Shown: positions 36,850-46,976 of the stretch, in pieces
How the letters are laid out: each line of letters opens with the position of its first letter
How positions within the stretch are numbered: position 1 is the first letter of the stretch
Source of the DNA: a bacterium
Lineage (GTDB): Bacteria; RBG-13-61-14; DATKZS01
Assembly: GCA_963674965.2 (NCBI GenBank)
Contig: CAXXFL010000002.1
Location: 512,001 to 576,000, forward strand
Direction of reading: 5' to 3'
Length of the DNA stretch: 64,000 bases
Notes under the pieces: model-generated
Database searches by the model: none
Told to the model about the DNA's origin: nothing
What the model saw: the letters and a program-made list of their open reading frames with translations, nothing else
Program-made: the position numbers and the translations under genes

Positions 36850-38418
36850 TTATCTGGTCCTGACCAACTCGATGGGGATTTTGGACCTGATTTCGTAAAG
36901 GTCCGGTCTTCTGTCCAGGAGGTGGGTCACGCTGCCCATCTCCCTTTGCTGGGCCAGGGCTCCCAGGTCGAGGTCGGTTATCACCACCGTCTCGGTATGG
37001 GCCTGGGCCTCGGCCGCGGTGGCGTTCATGGGGAAGGGAAAGTCGCTTGGCGTGAGGATGGCGGCCTGCCCGTAATTAATAAGGAAGCTCTTCACCTGGG
37101 GCAGGTTGCCCACGCATCCGGCCATGACAACGTAGATCATGTTTTCAACGGCCCGGGCGTGCGAGCAATACCGCACCCTCATGTAGGATTTCCTCTCGTC
37201 CGTGGCGAAGGGAACGAAGATAATCTCGGCCCCCGCCAGGGTGAGAAGACGAGAGGGCTCGGGAAACTCGACGTCGTAACAGACCTGGATGGCGATCCGG
37301 GCGAGACCGGTGTCGAATATTTTCAGGGTGTCGCCGGGAAGGATGCCCCAGTGAATCCTTTCGCCCGGGGTCACGTGTATCTTGTCCTGAGTGTAAACGG
37401 CGCCGGTGGGCGTGAACAGGTGAGCCACGTTCTTAAGCCCCTTTTCCGTCTCCACCGGATGGGACCCCGCGATTATATGCAGCCCGCTTTCCCGGGCCAT
37501 GCGCGAGAAGAGCTCGACGTAGCGGTCGGTATACTTGGCCAGTTCCCCGATCGCCTGGCGGGTGTCGAGGTCGGGGGCCATGAGGCTGAAAAGCTGGGCC
37601 GTGAAAAGCTCGGGAAACAAGAGGAAGTGGCAGTAATACTCGTCGGCCGTGACCACGAAGAACTCGACCTGTTTCTCGAATTCCTCCCACGAGGTCAGCC
37701 TTCTCATCTGGTACTGGGCCGCGCAGACGCGGACCTTTCGGACGGGACGCCGGATGGGCGCGCCGGCGATCTTTCTCTTCTCGGGCTTGAAGTTGGGGTT
37801 GGGCATCTCGAGAAAGGTCGCGTAGTTAAGGCTTTCCTGGTCGTCCAGGTAATCCAGGTGAACGCCCTTGACCTCGTAGCCCGCCTTGAGGTGGGCGTTC
37901 AGGGCCATGTCCTTCATCTCGCCACTTTTCACCTTCTCGATGTACTCCTCGGGGCTCATCCGGCCCGCGTGGTCCTTGTAGCCGGGAATGCGGCCGCCGG
38001 CGACCATGCGGCGCAGATTAAAGCGCGACATGATCCTTTTTCTGCCCTCGTAGAGCTTGCCCGCTATGCTCATGCCCCGATAGTCCGGATGGACCGCGAT
38101 ATCGGCCCCATAAAGGGTGTCGCCGCTGGGATCGTGAGTGCTGAAGGTGGCGAGTCCCGTTATTTCCGAGTACGAGTACCAGGGTGAGTCGTCGTCCAGA
38201 AGCAGGATAAGGGAAGTGGCGTAGCCCACCACCTTGCCGTCAACCTCCGCCAGTATCTGGCCCTCCGGGAAGGCGTCGAGCTGCATTCGGTAGTTGCGCT
38301 CGTCGCAAAGGGTCTCGCGGGAAAAACTGGAATAGGCCGCCTTCTGCACTTCCATGATCGACGGGACGTCCTCGGCCTTCCAGCGCCTGACTTTTACGTT
38401 CATACTTTTCTTCTTCAT
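36850..38418 (-). CDS. Bifunctional GNAT N-acetyltransferase/carbon-nitrogen hydrolase
   Basis: VHPDYRGMSIA acetyl-CoA motif; nitrilase triad LFPE / QDKIH / VCYDVEFPE. Confidence 0.9.
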   Translation of the reverse strand: MKKKSMNVKVRRWKAEDVPSIMEVQKAAYSSFSRETLCDERNYRMQLDAFPEGQILAEVDGKVVGYATSLILLLDDDSPWYSYSEITGLATFSTHDPSGDTLYGADIAVHPDYRGMSIAGKLYEGRKRIMSRFNLRRMVAGGRIPGYKDHAGRMSPEEYIEKVKSGEMKDMALNAHLKAGYEVKGVHLDYLDDQESLNYATFLEMPNPNFKPEKRKIAGAPIRRPVRKVRVCAAQYQMRRLTSWEEFEKQVEFFVVTADEYYCHFLLFPELFTAQLFSLMAPDLDTRQAIGELAKYTDRYVELFSRMARESGLHIIAGSHPVETEKGLKNVAHLFTPTGAVYTQDKIHVTPGERIHWGILPGDTLKIFDTGLARIAIQVCYDVEFPEPSRLLTLAGAEIIFVPFATDERKSYMRVRYCSHARAVENMIYVVMAGCVGNLPQVKSFLINYGQAAILTPSDFPFPMNATAAEAQAHTETVVITDLDLGALAQQREMGSVTHLLDRRPDLYEIRSKIPIELVRTR

Positions 38419-38648
38419 CTTTCTCCTCGAACCATTGAGATAAAAAGTAAACGAGACGAAGATTAACCGAATTCAAGACAAATATCCACCATGAATTGCA
38501 AAGAACTCGATTTTTGTATTCTTGAAGAAGAGATGCTGATTTTCTATCAAAACAAATAGGCTGATTGTCGCAAGAATAAGAGCCCAAGGTCAATAATAGA
38601 TGATGCAGGAAATGCGTGCAATGAATTTTGACTTAGAGCTAAATAATG

Positions 38649-40082
38649 CTGAACTTTAGAACTTTTTAGTCTGGTTTGCACGTATCGACATTAAGCAGCC
38701 TCCTTGAGGGGCGTAATTTCCTCTGGTTTGGGGTCGGAATGGAAAGCGGGAGAAATTCGCAAAGCCTTGTAGAAAGCGCGTCGGAGCCGACCGACGCTTG
38801 GGGGGCCGCTCGGGTCCCACCACGGTTCGGCCTCGATCTTTTCCGCCTCCGGGACGCAAAGGGCAAGCAGGCCCAAAAGGCCGTAGGCGACCAGGCAGAG
38901 GTTGGCGTGGCGCTTGATGGCCGTGAACGACCTCTGTCGATAGTCGCCGAAACCGCCCGCCGTCTTCACCTCCCGGAACAACTCCTCGATCTTCCAGCGG
39001 CCCGAATACGTTTCCAGCGCCCGCTCCGGCTTCATCTCGACGTCGGTGGTGAAAAACACGTTCATTTTTTTGCCGGAGCGCCGGGGGAAAATGATGACGA
39101 GTATCGGCTTGTCGCCGAGGGTGGCGCTGGGGACCATCACCCCGACGAAGGCCTCGATGGTAACGGTCTTGCCGTAAATCCTGGCCTTGATTTTTTCGCG
39201 CTTCGATCTTTTCAACCACAGTTGTTGGGGGCTGAACTTCTTGCCGCGCTTGGGCGGCCTTCCCGGACCATTCTTCCTTTTGGGGAGTTCGTAGAGCGCC
39301 GCGTTCGAGCGGAGGCGGCTGATCAGGACCACCTCTTTGCCGTCGAACTCGAGACCGGCCAACTTGGCCTTGGCGTAGAGGTTGTCCACCACCAGGACCA
39401 GTCTCCGAGCGGGCCAGGAGAACCTTTTTATCATCATGGCGGCCAACTCGATCTTGGTTTTGAACTCCCATCCCTTGGGGCAAAACTTTTCCTGGACGAA
39501 GAGCAGCGCCGAGAGGGGGAAGGCGAACCACTTGCCCCCGCGCTCCCATAGAAGCGCCATCACCACCCAGCAGTGGCCGAGCCCCCGGCGCTTTTGATGG
39601 CCGGGGTTTTTGTCCGTCGGGTCCGGGTAATAGCCCAGACCGAAGAACTTCTTGCCCCATTTCTTGACCAGGGTGTCGTCGACGGCGACGACGATCTCGT
39701 CCATGATCTTGAGTCGTTGGGCCACCAGGTCGAGCAGGCATTGACTCACCTTTTGGCAGGACCACCGGCCCTTGCGCATGAAAGCGTAGGGCGTGGTCCA
39801 GTGCATGACCCGGTGGACTTGGGTGAGGCGCATGACCTCGGTCACGCAGTGCTGGAGACCGAACAGCGCCGCGTGGGCGATAATGAAGGTCTGGAAGTGC
39901 TCGAACCCGGGCTTGGAGAAGCAGTTGACAAATACAAGCATCAGCGGCAACATAAGAGCTTGAGCGTTCATCAGCGTTCACTCCCGCGTTATGAGGGCCG
40001 ATCACACCTCTCATTATACGGGAAAAACTGGTGAACGCTATTTTTACATGGTGGAACATGGCTAAAAAGTTCTAAAGTTCAG
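38649..40082 (-). mobile_element. Insertion sequence, IS4 superfamily (IS701-like), 1434 bp
   Basis: Perfect 21-bp terminal inverted repeats CTGAACTTTAGAACTTTTTAG (38649-38669) / CTAAAAAGTTCTAAAGTTCAG (40062-40082) enclosing one transposase. Confidence 0.9.
38691..39971 (-). CDS. DDE transposase (IS701-like)
   Basis: VAVDDT, LVVDNLY, YSGRWKIEELFREVK matching the Y-(2)-R-(3)-E-(6)-K signature. Confidence 0.9.
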   Translation of the reverse strand: MNAQALMLPLMLVFVNCFSKPGFEHFQTFIIAHAALFGLQHCVTEVMRLTQVHRVMHWTTPYAFMRKGRWSCQKVSQCLLDLVAQRLKIMDEIVVAVDDTLVKKWGKKFFGLGYYPDPTDKNPGHQKRRGLGHCWVVMALLWERGGKWFAFPLSALLFVQEKFCPKGWEFKTKIELAAMMIKRFSWPARRLVLVVDNLYAKAKLAGLEFDGKEVVLISRLRSNAALYELPKRKNGPGRPPKRGKKFSPQQLWLKRSKREKIKARIYGKTVTIEAFVGVMVPSATLGDKPILVIIFPRRSGKKMNVFFTTDVEMKPERALETYSGRWKIEELFREVKTAGGFGDYRQRSFTAIKRHANLCLVAYGLLGLLALCVPEAEKIEAEPWWDPSGPPSVGRLRRAFYKALRISPAFHSDPKPEEITPLKEAA

Positions 40083-40303
40083 TACCTTTATAATACCGGT
40101 TGTTCTCCAAAATCTGGGGGCGATGGATATTCTTTTTGTAGGGATCGCCTTGTACACCGTTTGGAAGATTCTCAGGGTGACGCCACAAACGGCCTGAGCT
40201 TAAACCTTGGGCCTCGTCTTTTCGTAAGCGATAAACCTTGCGTTAGGAAAAGAGATAAAGAGGGAAACCCTGAAGCTTCCCCCTTTAGAAGATGGCTTTT
40301 TTC

Positions 40304-41005
40304 TCAGTCGTCACTTCCGCCCAAGAGTCCGAGTCGGAAGGCGAAGTACAGAAGCTGGACCAGGGCGGTGATGGTGGCGGCCACGTAGGTGAGGGCCGCG
40401 GCGCTGAGGACCGAGGACACGCCGGCCCTTTCCTGGTCGGAGTAGATGATGCCTTGCTCCATTATCAGGGCCTTGGCCCGTCTCGAGGCGTCAAGCTCGA
40501 CGGGGAGCGTGATGACCTGGAAGATGACAAGGGTCCCGAACAGGATAACTCCGGCCAGGGCCAGGCCTTTGATGGATAAGATCATGCCGATGAAAATCAT
40601 GGGAAAAGCCAGCCATGAGCCGATGTTCGCCGTGGGCACGATGGCGTTGCGAAGCTTGAGGAGCGCGTAGCCCGAGGCGTGCTGGAGCGCGTGACCGGCC
40701 TCGTGGGCCGCTATGCCGACCGCCGCGATGGAGCTTGACTGGTATATGTCCGGGCTGAGGCGAAGGGTTTGGGAAGTGGGGTCGTAATGGTCCGAGAGCC
40801 ATCCCCTGGTTACCTCGACCTGAACGTTTCTCAGGCCAAAGGCGTCCAGGATGCGCCTGGCCGCCATGGCGCCCGTAAGTCCACTCATGTTGCCGACTTT
40901 ACTCCATTTTTTTACCGTGGACTTGACCTTTATCTGGGCGTAAATGCCCAGGAGGAAGGCCGGCGCTATCATAATGAAATACAAGGGGTCCAAAGTTAAA
41001 AACAT
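40304..41005 (-). CDS. Membrane zinc metallopeptidase (YugP-like)
   Basis: LSDHYDP, AAHEAGHALQH, TLPVELDASRRA, AAALTYVAA. Confidence 0.9.
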   Translation of the reverse strand: MFLTLDPLYFIMIAPAFLLGIYAQIKVKSTVKKWSKVGNMSGLTGAMAARRILDAFGLRNVQVEVTRGWLSDHYDPTSQTLRLSPDIYQSSSIAAVGIAAHEAGHALQHASGYALLKLRNAIVPTANIGSWLAFPMIFIGMILSIKGLALAGVILFGTLVIFQVITLPVELDASRRAKALIMEQGIIYSDQERAGVSSVLSAAALTYVAATITALVQLLYFAFRLGLLGGSDD

Positions 41006-41231
41006 CTTTTTTCCTCCTACCTATATGGACACGCCATTTTGGGCTATGTTCCTTTTCCTTAGTCGTCTAAAAATTTGGCGTTTCTCATTCTTAATTATTA
41101 TCAGCCAATTAAACATTCAGTAATATGACATGTATTTGGACGGACTTCCATCTTAAATCAAATTATAAGCATTACCCGGGAATTGGCAAGATATGAAAAA
41201 TGTAACCCGCGCTGAAAATGCCCGGATATTC

Positions 41232-41260
41232 TTGCGTTTTGCCCGGCCCTGACTTATAAT
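41232..41260 (+). promoter_or_regulatory. Putative sigma70 promoter of xerC
   Basis: TTGCGT (41232-41237), 17 nt, TATAAT (41255-41260); ATG 6 nt downstream. Confidence 0.6.
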
Positions 41261-41266
41261 TTCAAA

Positions 41267-42232
41267 ATGGGCGGTGATACGGGGAGCAAAATTCAAGACT
41301 ACCTTGCCTACCTCGAGGTCGAGCGGAACCTCTCGCCAAAATCCATCGAGGCTTACGAAAGGGACCTCACGGGTTTTCGAAACTTTCTCGCCGAAACGGG
41401 ACTTATGGAAGACGAGACGGACCCGGCCAAGATTGACAATAAAATGGTCCGGAGATATCTGGCCGGCCTGTCCCGCAATAAAAAGCCCGCTTCCGTCGAG
41501 AGGGCGGCGGCCTCGATCAGAGGTTACTTCAGGTTCCTCATGAGCAGGGGACTAATAAAGAAAAACCCGGCGGCCCTGGTAAGGACCCCGAAAAAAGAGA
41601 AGAAACTCCCCGCGGTCCTGCCCGTGGACGAGGCCTTCGCCCTGATAGACGAGCCCAAGGGCGACGGAGCTCTCAAGACTCGGGACCGGGCGATGCTCGA
41701 GCTTTTTTACGGCTCAGGTCTACGTCTTTCCGAGGCGGTGGGACTTAACGTCGAGGACGTGGACCTGAAAGAGAGACTGATAAGGGTCAGGGGAAAGGGC
41801 AGGAAAGAACGGATTGTGCCCATCAATGAAAAAACGGCCGGGCTACTCAAGACGGTCGTTAAAATGAGGCGGGACTTGAGGCCGTCCGTTTTGGACGATG
41901 ACGCCCAGGCGGCCCTTTTTCTCAGCTCGAGGGGCAGGCGCATCTCGGCCCGGGCCGTGCAGAAGATGATCGAGAAGACCGCGGACCGTGCCGGCCTTGC
42001 CCGTCGCGTCAGCCCCCATGCCCTGAGGCATTCTTTCGCGACCCATCTTATGGACTCGGGCATGGCCATACGGAGCATACAGGAGCTTTTGGGACACGAG
42101 AGCTTGTCCACTACTCAGAAATACACGCACACCAGCCTGGCCGAACTGGCCAAGGTTTACGACGGGGCGCACCCGAGGGCGAAAGAGGAGGCAAATGATA
42201 AAGGGAACGACGATACTGCTGGTCAGGCATAA
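41267..42232 (+). CDS. xerC: Tyrosine recombinase XerC
   Basis: [39 protein letters not shown]; canonical position before hslVU. Confidence 0.9.
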   Translation: MGGDTGSKIQDYLAYLEVERNLSPKSIEAYERDLTGFRNFLAETGLMEDETDPAKIDNKMVRRYLAGLSRNKKPASVERAAASIRGYFRFLMSRGLIKKNPAALVRTPKKEKKLPAVLPVDEAFALIDEPKGDGALKTRDRAMLELFYGSGLRLSEAVGLNVEDVDLKERLIRVRGKGRKERIVPINEKTAGLLKTVVKMRRDLRPSVLDDDAQAALFLSSRGRRISARAVQKMIEKTADRAGLARRVSPHALRHSFATHLMDSGMAIRSIQELLGHESLSTTQKYTHTSLAELAKVYDGAHPRAKEEANDKGNDDTAGQA

Positions 42233-42743
42233 AGATAAAGTCGTCATGGCGGGCGACGGGCAGGTCACGTTTAACGACGTCGTGCTCAAGAGCACGGCCA
42301 GGAAGGTCCGCCGTCTTTACCAGGACAAGGTGATGTCGGGGTTCGCCGGCGCCACGGCCGACGCCTTTACGCTTTACGAGCGCCTGGAGGGCAAGCTCAA
42401 GGCCCACACGGGCAATCTGAGAAGGGCCGCGGTGGACCTGGCCAAGGACTGGCGGACCGACCGGGCGCTCCGGCGTCTCGAGGCCCTGATGATAGTGGCG
42501 GACGAGCGGGACGACTTCCTCATATCCGGGACGGGCGACGTGATCGAGCCTGAGGAGGGCGTACTGGCCATCGGCTCGGGCGGGTCCTACGCGGCCGCGG
42601 CGGCCAAGGCCCTGGTTCGGCACGCGGACATGAGCGCCAGGGATATAGCGGAAAAGGCCATGCAAATCGCCGCCGAGACCTGCATATATACCAATACGAA
42701 TTTCGTTTTCGACGAGATGGATTCAACCGGTAGGGACGATTGA
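42195..42743 (+). CDS. hslV: ATP-dependent protease subunit HslV
   Basis: [36 protein letters not shown]. Confidence 0.95.
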   Translation: MIKGTTILLVRHKDKVVMAGDGQVTFNDVVLKSTARKVRRLYQDKVMSGFAGATADAFTLYERLEGKLKAHTGNLRRAAVDLAKDWRTDRALRRLEALMIVADERDDFLISGTGDVIEPEEGVLAIGSGGSYAAAAAKALVRHADMSARDIAEKAMQIAAETCIYTNTNFVFDEMDSTGRDD

Positions 42744-42924
42744 CGATCGGGCCGTTTAAAAGATTGGCGGGTTTATGGATATCTAGGCGCGGCCAGGGCT
42801 GAATATTGGACGTTTATTTTGCGACTTTTTTCGTTTCACTTGCATCGAAAAACATGGGAGCGGGTAAAGTTCGCCCGGACGCCGCGAGCGCGTTCTCGCG
42901 GGGGCCTCGGAAAGGGTACGGGAG

Positions 42925-44340
42925 TTGAAATTGAAAAGCGACTTGAACCTTACTCCGCGCGAGATCGTGTCGGAGTTGGACAAATACATTATCGGACAGA
43001 ACGAGGCTAAAAGGGCCGTGGCCATCGCGCTTCGCAACCGCTGGCGCAGGAAGAACGTAAGGGACGACCTGGCCGACGAGATCATGCCCAAGAACATCAT
43101 CATGATCGGACCCACGGGGGTGGGCAAGACCGAGATAGCCCGCCGCCTTTCCCGCCTGGCGGGGGCGCCTTTTATCAAGGTCGAGGCCAGCAAGTTCACC
43201 GAGGTGGGCTACGTGGGCCGCGACGTGGAGAGCATGGTCCGGGACTTGGTCGAGATGTCCATGAAGATGGTCGAGGACGAGGAGCGGGAGAACATCCGGG
43301 CCCGCGCCGAGGAGGCGGTCGAGGAAAGGCTGCTCGATCTTCTCGTCCCTCCCCCTCCCCAGCGGCCCGCCGGCCCTCAGGGAGGGAACGTTACCATGGC
43401 CGGGCCCATGATGATCCTGGACCAGCCCCGCGAGGAGGAGGCCGGCAAGGCCTCGGACTCGACGCGCGAGAAGTTCCGGCAAATGCTTAAGGACGGCAAG
43501 CTGGAGGACAGGTCCGTGGACGTCGAGGTCCAGGTTCGAAGCGGCGGCATGATGCAGATATTCAGCGGGTCCGGACTGGACGAGATGTCCATCAACATCC
43601 AGGACGCCATCGGCTCGATGATGGGCGGGTCCAAGACCAAGCAGCGGCGGGTCCGGGTCCAGGAGGCCAGGCAGATACTCCTGGCCGAGGAGGAAGAAAA
43701 GCTTATCGACCAGGAGAAAGTGGTGCAGGAGGCGCTGATCAGGGCCCAGGAGGCGGGCATTATTTTCATCGACGAGATAGACAAGGTGGCCGGGAGCGGG
43801 AGCAAGGGGCACGGCCCGGACGTGAGCCGGGAGGGCGTCCAGCGTGACATCCTGCCCATCGTCGAGGGATCGACCGTGGCCACCAAGTACGGAATGGTCA
43901 AAACCGACCACGTGCTTTTCATCGCCTCGGGGGCGTTCCACATGTCCAAGCCCTCGGACCTTATTCCCGAGCTTCAAGGCAGGTTCCCCATCAGGGTCGA
44001 ATTAAGCTCCCTGACCAGGGAGGACCTGGCCCGGATACTGACGGAACCCAAGAACGCCCTGGTCACGCAGTACAAGGCCCTGCTCGAGACGGAGGGCGTG
44101 GAGTTGGCCTTCAAGGAGGAGGCGGTCAAGACCATCGCGGAATACTGCGAGAAGGTCAACGAGAGCACCGAGAACATAGGGGCCAGGAGGCTTCACACCC
44201 TTATGGAGAAGCTTCTTGACGAGGTTTCTTTCAACGCTCCCGATATGGGGGGCGTCAAGGTCGAGATCGACCGGGCCTACGTTTTGGAGAGGATCAAGGA
44301 CCTGGCGGAGGATGAGGACCTGAGCCGGTATATATTGTAA
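42925..44340 (+). CDS. hslU: ATP-dependent protease ATPase subunit HslU
   Basis: [58 protein letters not shown] start 42925 or 42931. Confidence 0.96.
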   Translation: MKLKSDLNLTPREIVSELDKYIIGQNEAKRAVAIALRNRWRRKNVRDDLADEIMPKNIIMIGPTGVGKTEIARRLSRLAGAPFIKVEASKFTEVGYVGRDVESMVRDLVEMSMKMVEDEERENIRARAEEAVEERLLDLLVPPPPQRPAGPQGGNVTMAGPMMILDQPREEEAGKASDSTREKFRQMLKDGKLEDRSVDVEVQVRSGGMMQIFSGSGLDEMSINIQDAIGSMMGGSKTKQRRVRVQEARQILLAEEEEKLIDQEKVVQEALIRAQEAGIIFIDEIDKVAGSGSKGHGPDVSREGVQRDILPIVEGSTVATKYGMVKTDHVLFIASGAFHMSKPSDLIPELQGRFPIRVELSSLTREDLARILTEPKNALVTQYKALLETEGVELAFKEEAVKTIAEYCEKVNESTENIGARRLHTLMEKLLDEVSFNAPDMGGVKVEIDRAYVLERIKDLAEDEDLSRYIL

Positions 44341-44365
44341 AAAAACTTGAAGAAAGGGTAGGGGC

Positions 44366-45916
44366 ATGGCGAGGATTCTTGTAATTGACGACGAGCTTTT
44401 TTATCGCGAGCACGTTTCGGACGTCCTTGGCAAGGCCGGCCACGACGTTGTCAAGGCCCAGGGCGGCAAGGAGGGGGTAAACCTTTTCGGACAGGACGAG
44501 ACCATCGAGGCCGTGCTGTGCGACGTGGTGATGCCCGGTTTCGACGGCATGGCGGTGCTGTCGAAAATCCGGCAGAAGAACGATTCCGTGCCGGTCATAA
44601 TGCTCTCGGCCCATGAGGAGCACCGCATGGTTCTTCAGGCCATGAGGCGCGGGGCCTTCGACTATCAGCGAAAACCCATCAGCCCCCAGGAACTGGTGCT
44701 GGCCGTGGACCGGGCCCTCGAGTACAGCCGCCTGCAGGTGGAAAAGGTCAGCAAGCTCGAGCGTCTGGCCACCCTCGAGAACGGGGCCCAGAGGCTGTCT
44801 CAAATGGTCACCGACGGCGGCATTCCCCTCGAGGCCCTGGCCCAGGAGTACGAGCTCCTCGAGAGCGCGGTCGGGATGGTCTCCGAGCTTTTGCAATGCG
44901 ACCGCGTGTCCATCATGATGCTCGATCCGGAGGACGGGACGCTCAAGGTCGCCGTGTCCGTGGGCCTGAGTAAAAGCCATATCAGCCAGGAAGCCAAGCC
45001 GGCCAAGGAAAGCGTCTCGAGCTACGTGCTTAAAACGGGCCAGGGCATCCTGGTCTCGAACGCGGAGGAGGACAAGCGCGTTCCCGAGAGCGCGTTCTCT
45101 TCCCAGTACAAGACCCAGTCCTTCGTGGTCGCGCCGGTCAAGATCGGCGAGAAGATCGTGGGCACCATCAACGCCAACGACAAAAAGAACGGCTCCGAGT
45201 TCAATGAGGACGACCTTTTCCTCCTCCGTACCATGAGCCACCACGTGTCGGCCTCCCTGTCCCACGCCATACAGACCTCGGAAATGAAAAGGGACAGGCA
45301 AAGACTGCAAAGGCTGACCGAGTTCCAGCGCGTGCTTATCCACTACCTCGAGCCCGAGCAGATGATGTGCGACCTCCTGCAAAAGGTCCAGGACCTCATG
45401 AACACGGTCAACGTGGCCATTTTCCTGCAGGACGACGAAGGCGGGGACCTCGTCCTCAAAATGGGCTTTAACGGCAAGAAGGAAATGAGCAAGAAGATAG
45501 TCATCCGCTACGGGGAGTCCATCACCGGCCTGGCCGCCAAGGAGGGCAAGCTGTTCATGATCAACTCTCCCGAGAAGGACCGGCGCTTCATCATGGAGGC
45601 CGAGTGGCCGGGCAAGGGCGTGATACGGAGCATGCTGGTCGCGCCCATCCGCCTCTCGGGCCAGACCATAGGCGCCATCAGGCTGCTCAACAAAAGGAGC
45701 GGCCCCTTCAACCAGGACGACGCCCAGCTTTTAAAGGACGTGGCAGACCCGCTCTCGATCGCCATCCGGAACATGAAGCTCTACGAGCAGCTCAACAAGA
45801 GCGTGGAGGACATTATCGAGGCCAACCGCAACCTGGAGAAGGCCAACGACGAGCTGGCCATGAAGGCCAAGGAGCTCGAGGTGCTTGAGAAGGTTGTGAG
45901 GGGAGGAGTGAAATAA
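44366..45916 (+). CDS. Response regulator receiver plus two GAF domains, no recognisable output domain
   Basis: ILVIDDE, CDVVMP, LSA, KP; two GAF-like domains; short coiled-coil end. Confidence 0.85.
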   Translation: MARILVIDDELFYREHVSDVLGKAGHDVVKAQGGKEGVNLFGQDETIEAVLCDVVMPGFDGMAVLSKIRQKNDSVPVIMLSAHEEHRMVLQAMRRGAFDYQRKPISPQELVLAVDRALEYSRLQVEKVSKLERLATLENGAQRLSQMVTDGGIPLEALAQEYELLESAVGMVSELLQCDRVSIMMLDPEDGTLKVAVSVGLSKSHISQEAKPAKESVSSYVLKTGQGILVSNAEEDKRVPESAFSSQYKTQSFVVAPVKIGEKIVGTINANDKKNGSEFNEDDLFLLRTMSHHVSASLSHAIQTSEMKRDRQRLQRLTEFQRVLIHYLEPEQMMCDLLQKVQDLMNTVNVAIFLQDDEGGDLVLKMGFNGKKEMSKKIVIRYGESITGLAAKEGKLFMINSPEKDRRFIMEAEWPGKGVIRSMLVAPIRLSGQTIGAIRLLNKRSGPFNQDDAQLLKDVADPLSIAIRNMKLYEQLNKSVEDIIEANRNLEKANDELAMKAKELEVLEKVVRGGVK

Positions 45917-46791
45917 TGGTGGACCCGTCCCTTCGGGCCCGGATACTTATCGAGGCCCTTCCTTACATCCGGCAGTTCGCGGGCAAGCACGTGGTCATCA
46001 AGCTGGGAGGCCACGCCATGAAGGACGCCGGGCTCGAGCAGAGCTTCGCCGACGACGTCGTCCTCCTCAAGGCGGTGGGCATCCACCCGGTGGTGGTCCA
46101 TGGAGGCGGCCCGCAAATTGGCGACCTCCTTAAAAAACTGGGCGTCGAGTGCCGCTTCGTCGAGGGCATGAGGGTCACCGACGACCAGACCCTCGACGTG
46201 GTCGAGATGGTGCTGGGAGGTACCGTCAACGGACGCATCGTCACGCGCATTATCACGGCCGGCGGCAAAGCCATCGGCCTATCCGGCAGGGACGGTTCCC
46301 TCATCGACGCCCGGCCCCTTAAAATACCCCTGAAAAAAGAGGACCGGACCCCCGAGATTCTCGACCTGGGACACGTGGGACAAGTCGAGCGAGTGGACGC
46401 CGAGCTTCTCGTCCACCTTTGCGGACGCGGCATGATTCCCGTCGTGGCGCCCCTGGGAGTGGACGAGCACGGACAGGCTTACAACATCAACGCCGACCTG
46501 GTGGCGGGCGCCATCGCCTCGGCGCTGGGGGCCGAGAAGCTTATACTGCTGACGGACACGGAGGGAGTGGCCGACGGAGAGGGCAAACTGGTCAGCCGGC
46601 TGGGACGGGAGAACGCCGCGAAAATGAAGGAGTCCGGAGTCATCAAAGGGGGCATGATCCCCAAGGTGGACTGCGCCCTCAAGGCCATGGAGTCGGGCGT
46701 AAGGAAAGCGCATATCATTGACGGAAGAGTGGCCCACGCTCTGCTTCTCGAGCTTTTCACCGACGGCGGAATAGGGACGGTCATCGTTTGA
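45916..46791 (+). CDS. argB: Acetylglutamate kinase
   Basis: EALPYI, VIKLGG, VVHGGGP, GMRVTD, NINAD, GGMIPKV, IIDGR. Confidence 0.96.
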   Translation: MVDPSLRARILIEALPYIRQFAGKHVVIKLGGHAMKDAGLEQSFADDVVLLKAVGIHPVVVHGGGPQIGDLLKKLGVECRFVEGMRVTDDQTLDVVEMVLGGTVNGRIVTRIITAGGKAIGLSGRDGSLIDARPLKIPLKKEDRTPEILDLGHVGQVERVDAELLVHLCGRGMIPVVAPLGVDEHGQAYNINADLVAGAIASALGAEKLILLTDTEGVADGEGKLVSRLGRENAAKMKESGVIKGGMIPKVDCALKAMESGVRKAHIIDGRVAHALLLELFTDGGIGTVIV

Positions 46792-46976
46792 CCCCGGGAC
46801 CGCCAACGGCTTGCGCCGGCGCTTTGAAAGTTATAAAATAATAATCTTTATAATGGCGTTACCGGTAATTAAGAATTATTATCGGGAAGATAAGTTGTTT
46901 GTTATCGATGGCACGATTCTTTCCAAAAATGAAAGCGGGGCCTTCGATTGAACGAATGGAAAATTGAGGCGTGACC

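Noticed and set aside
35935-38187. 750-aa plus-strand ORF (also long ORFs 4303-6264, 8418-9977, 26621-28159, 50585-52495, 53790-55520)
   Set aside because: Antisense shadows of well-supported genes in GC-rich DNA; no recognisable motifs.
38419-38648. Gene remnant interrupted by the IS
   Set aside because: One minus-strand frame looks hydrophobic, but it has stops and no recognisable homology.
41267-42232. Tyrosine recombinase as a prophage/ICE integrase
   Set aside because: Housekeeping xerC-hslV-hslU context; no att repeats, tRNA or phage genes nearby.
42861-42901. Hairpins upstream of hslU as an RNA thermometer
   Set aside because: The stems do not sequester the RBS, and no ROSE or fourU motif is visible.
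46909-46924. Sigma54 promoter TGGCACG-N4-TTTC
   Set aside because: The invariant -12 GC is missing.
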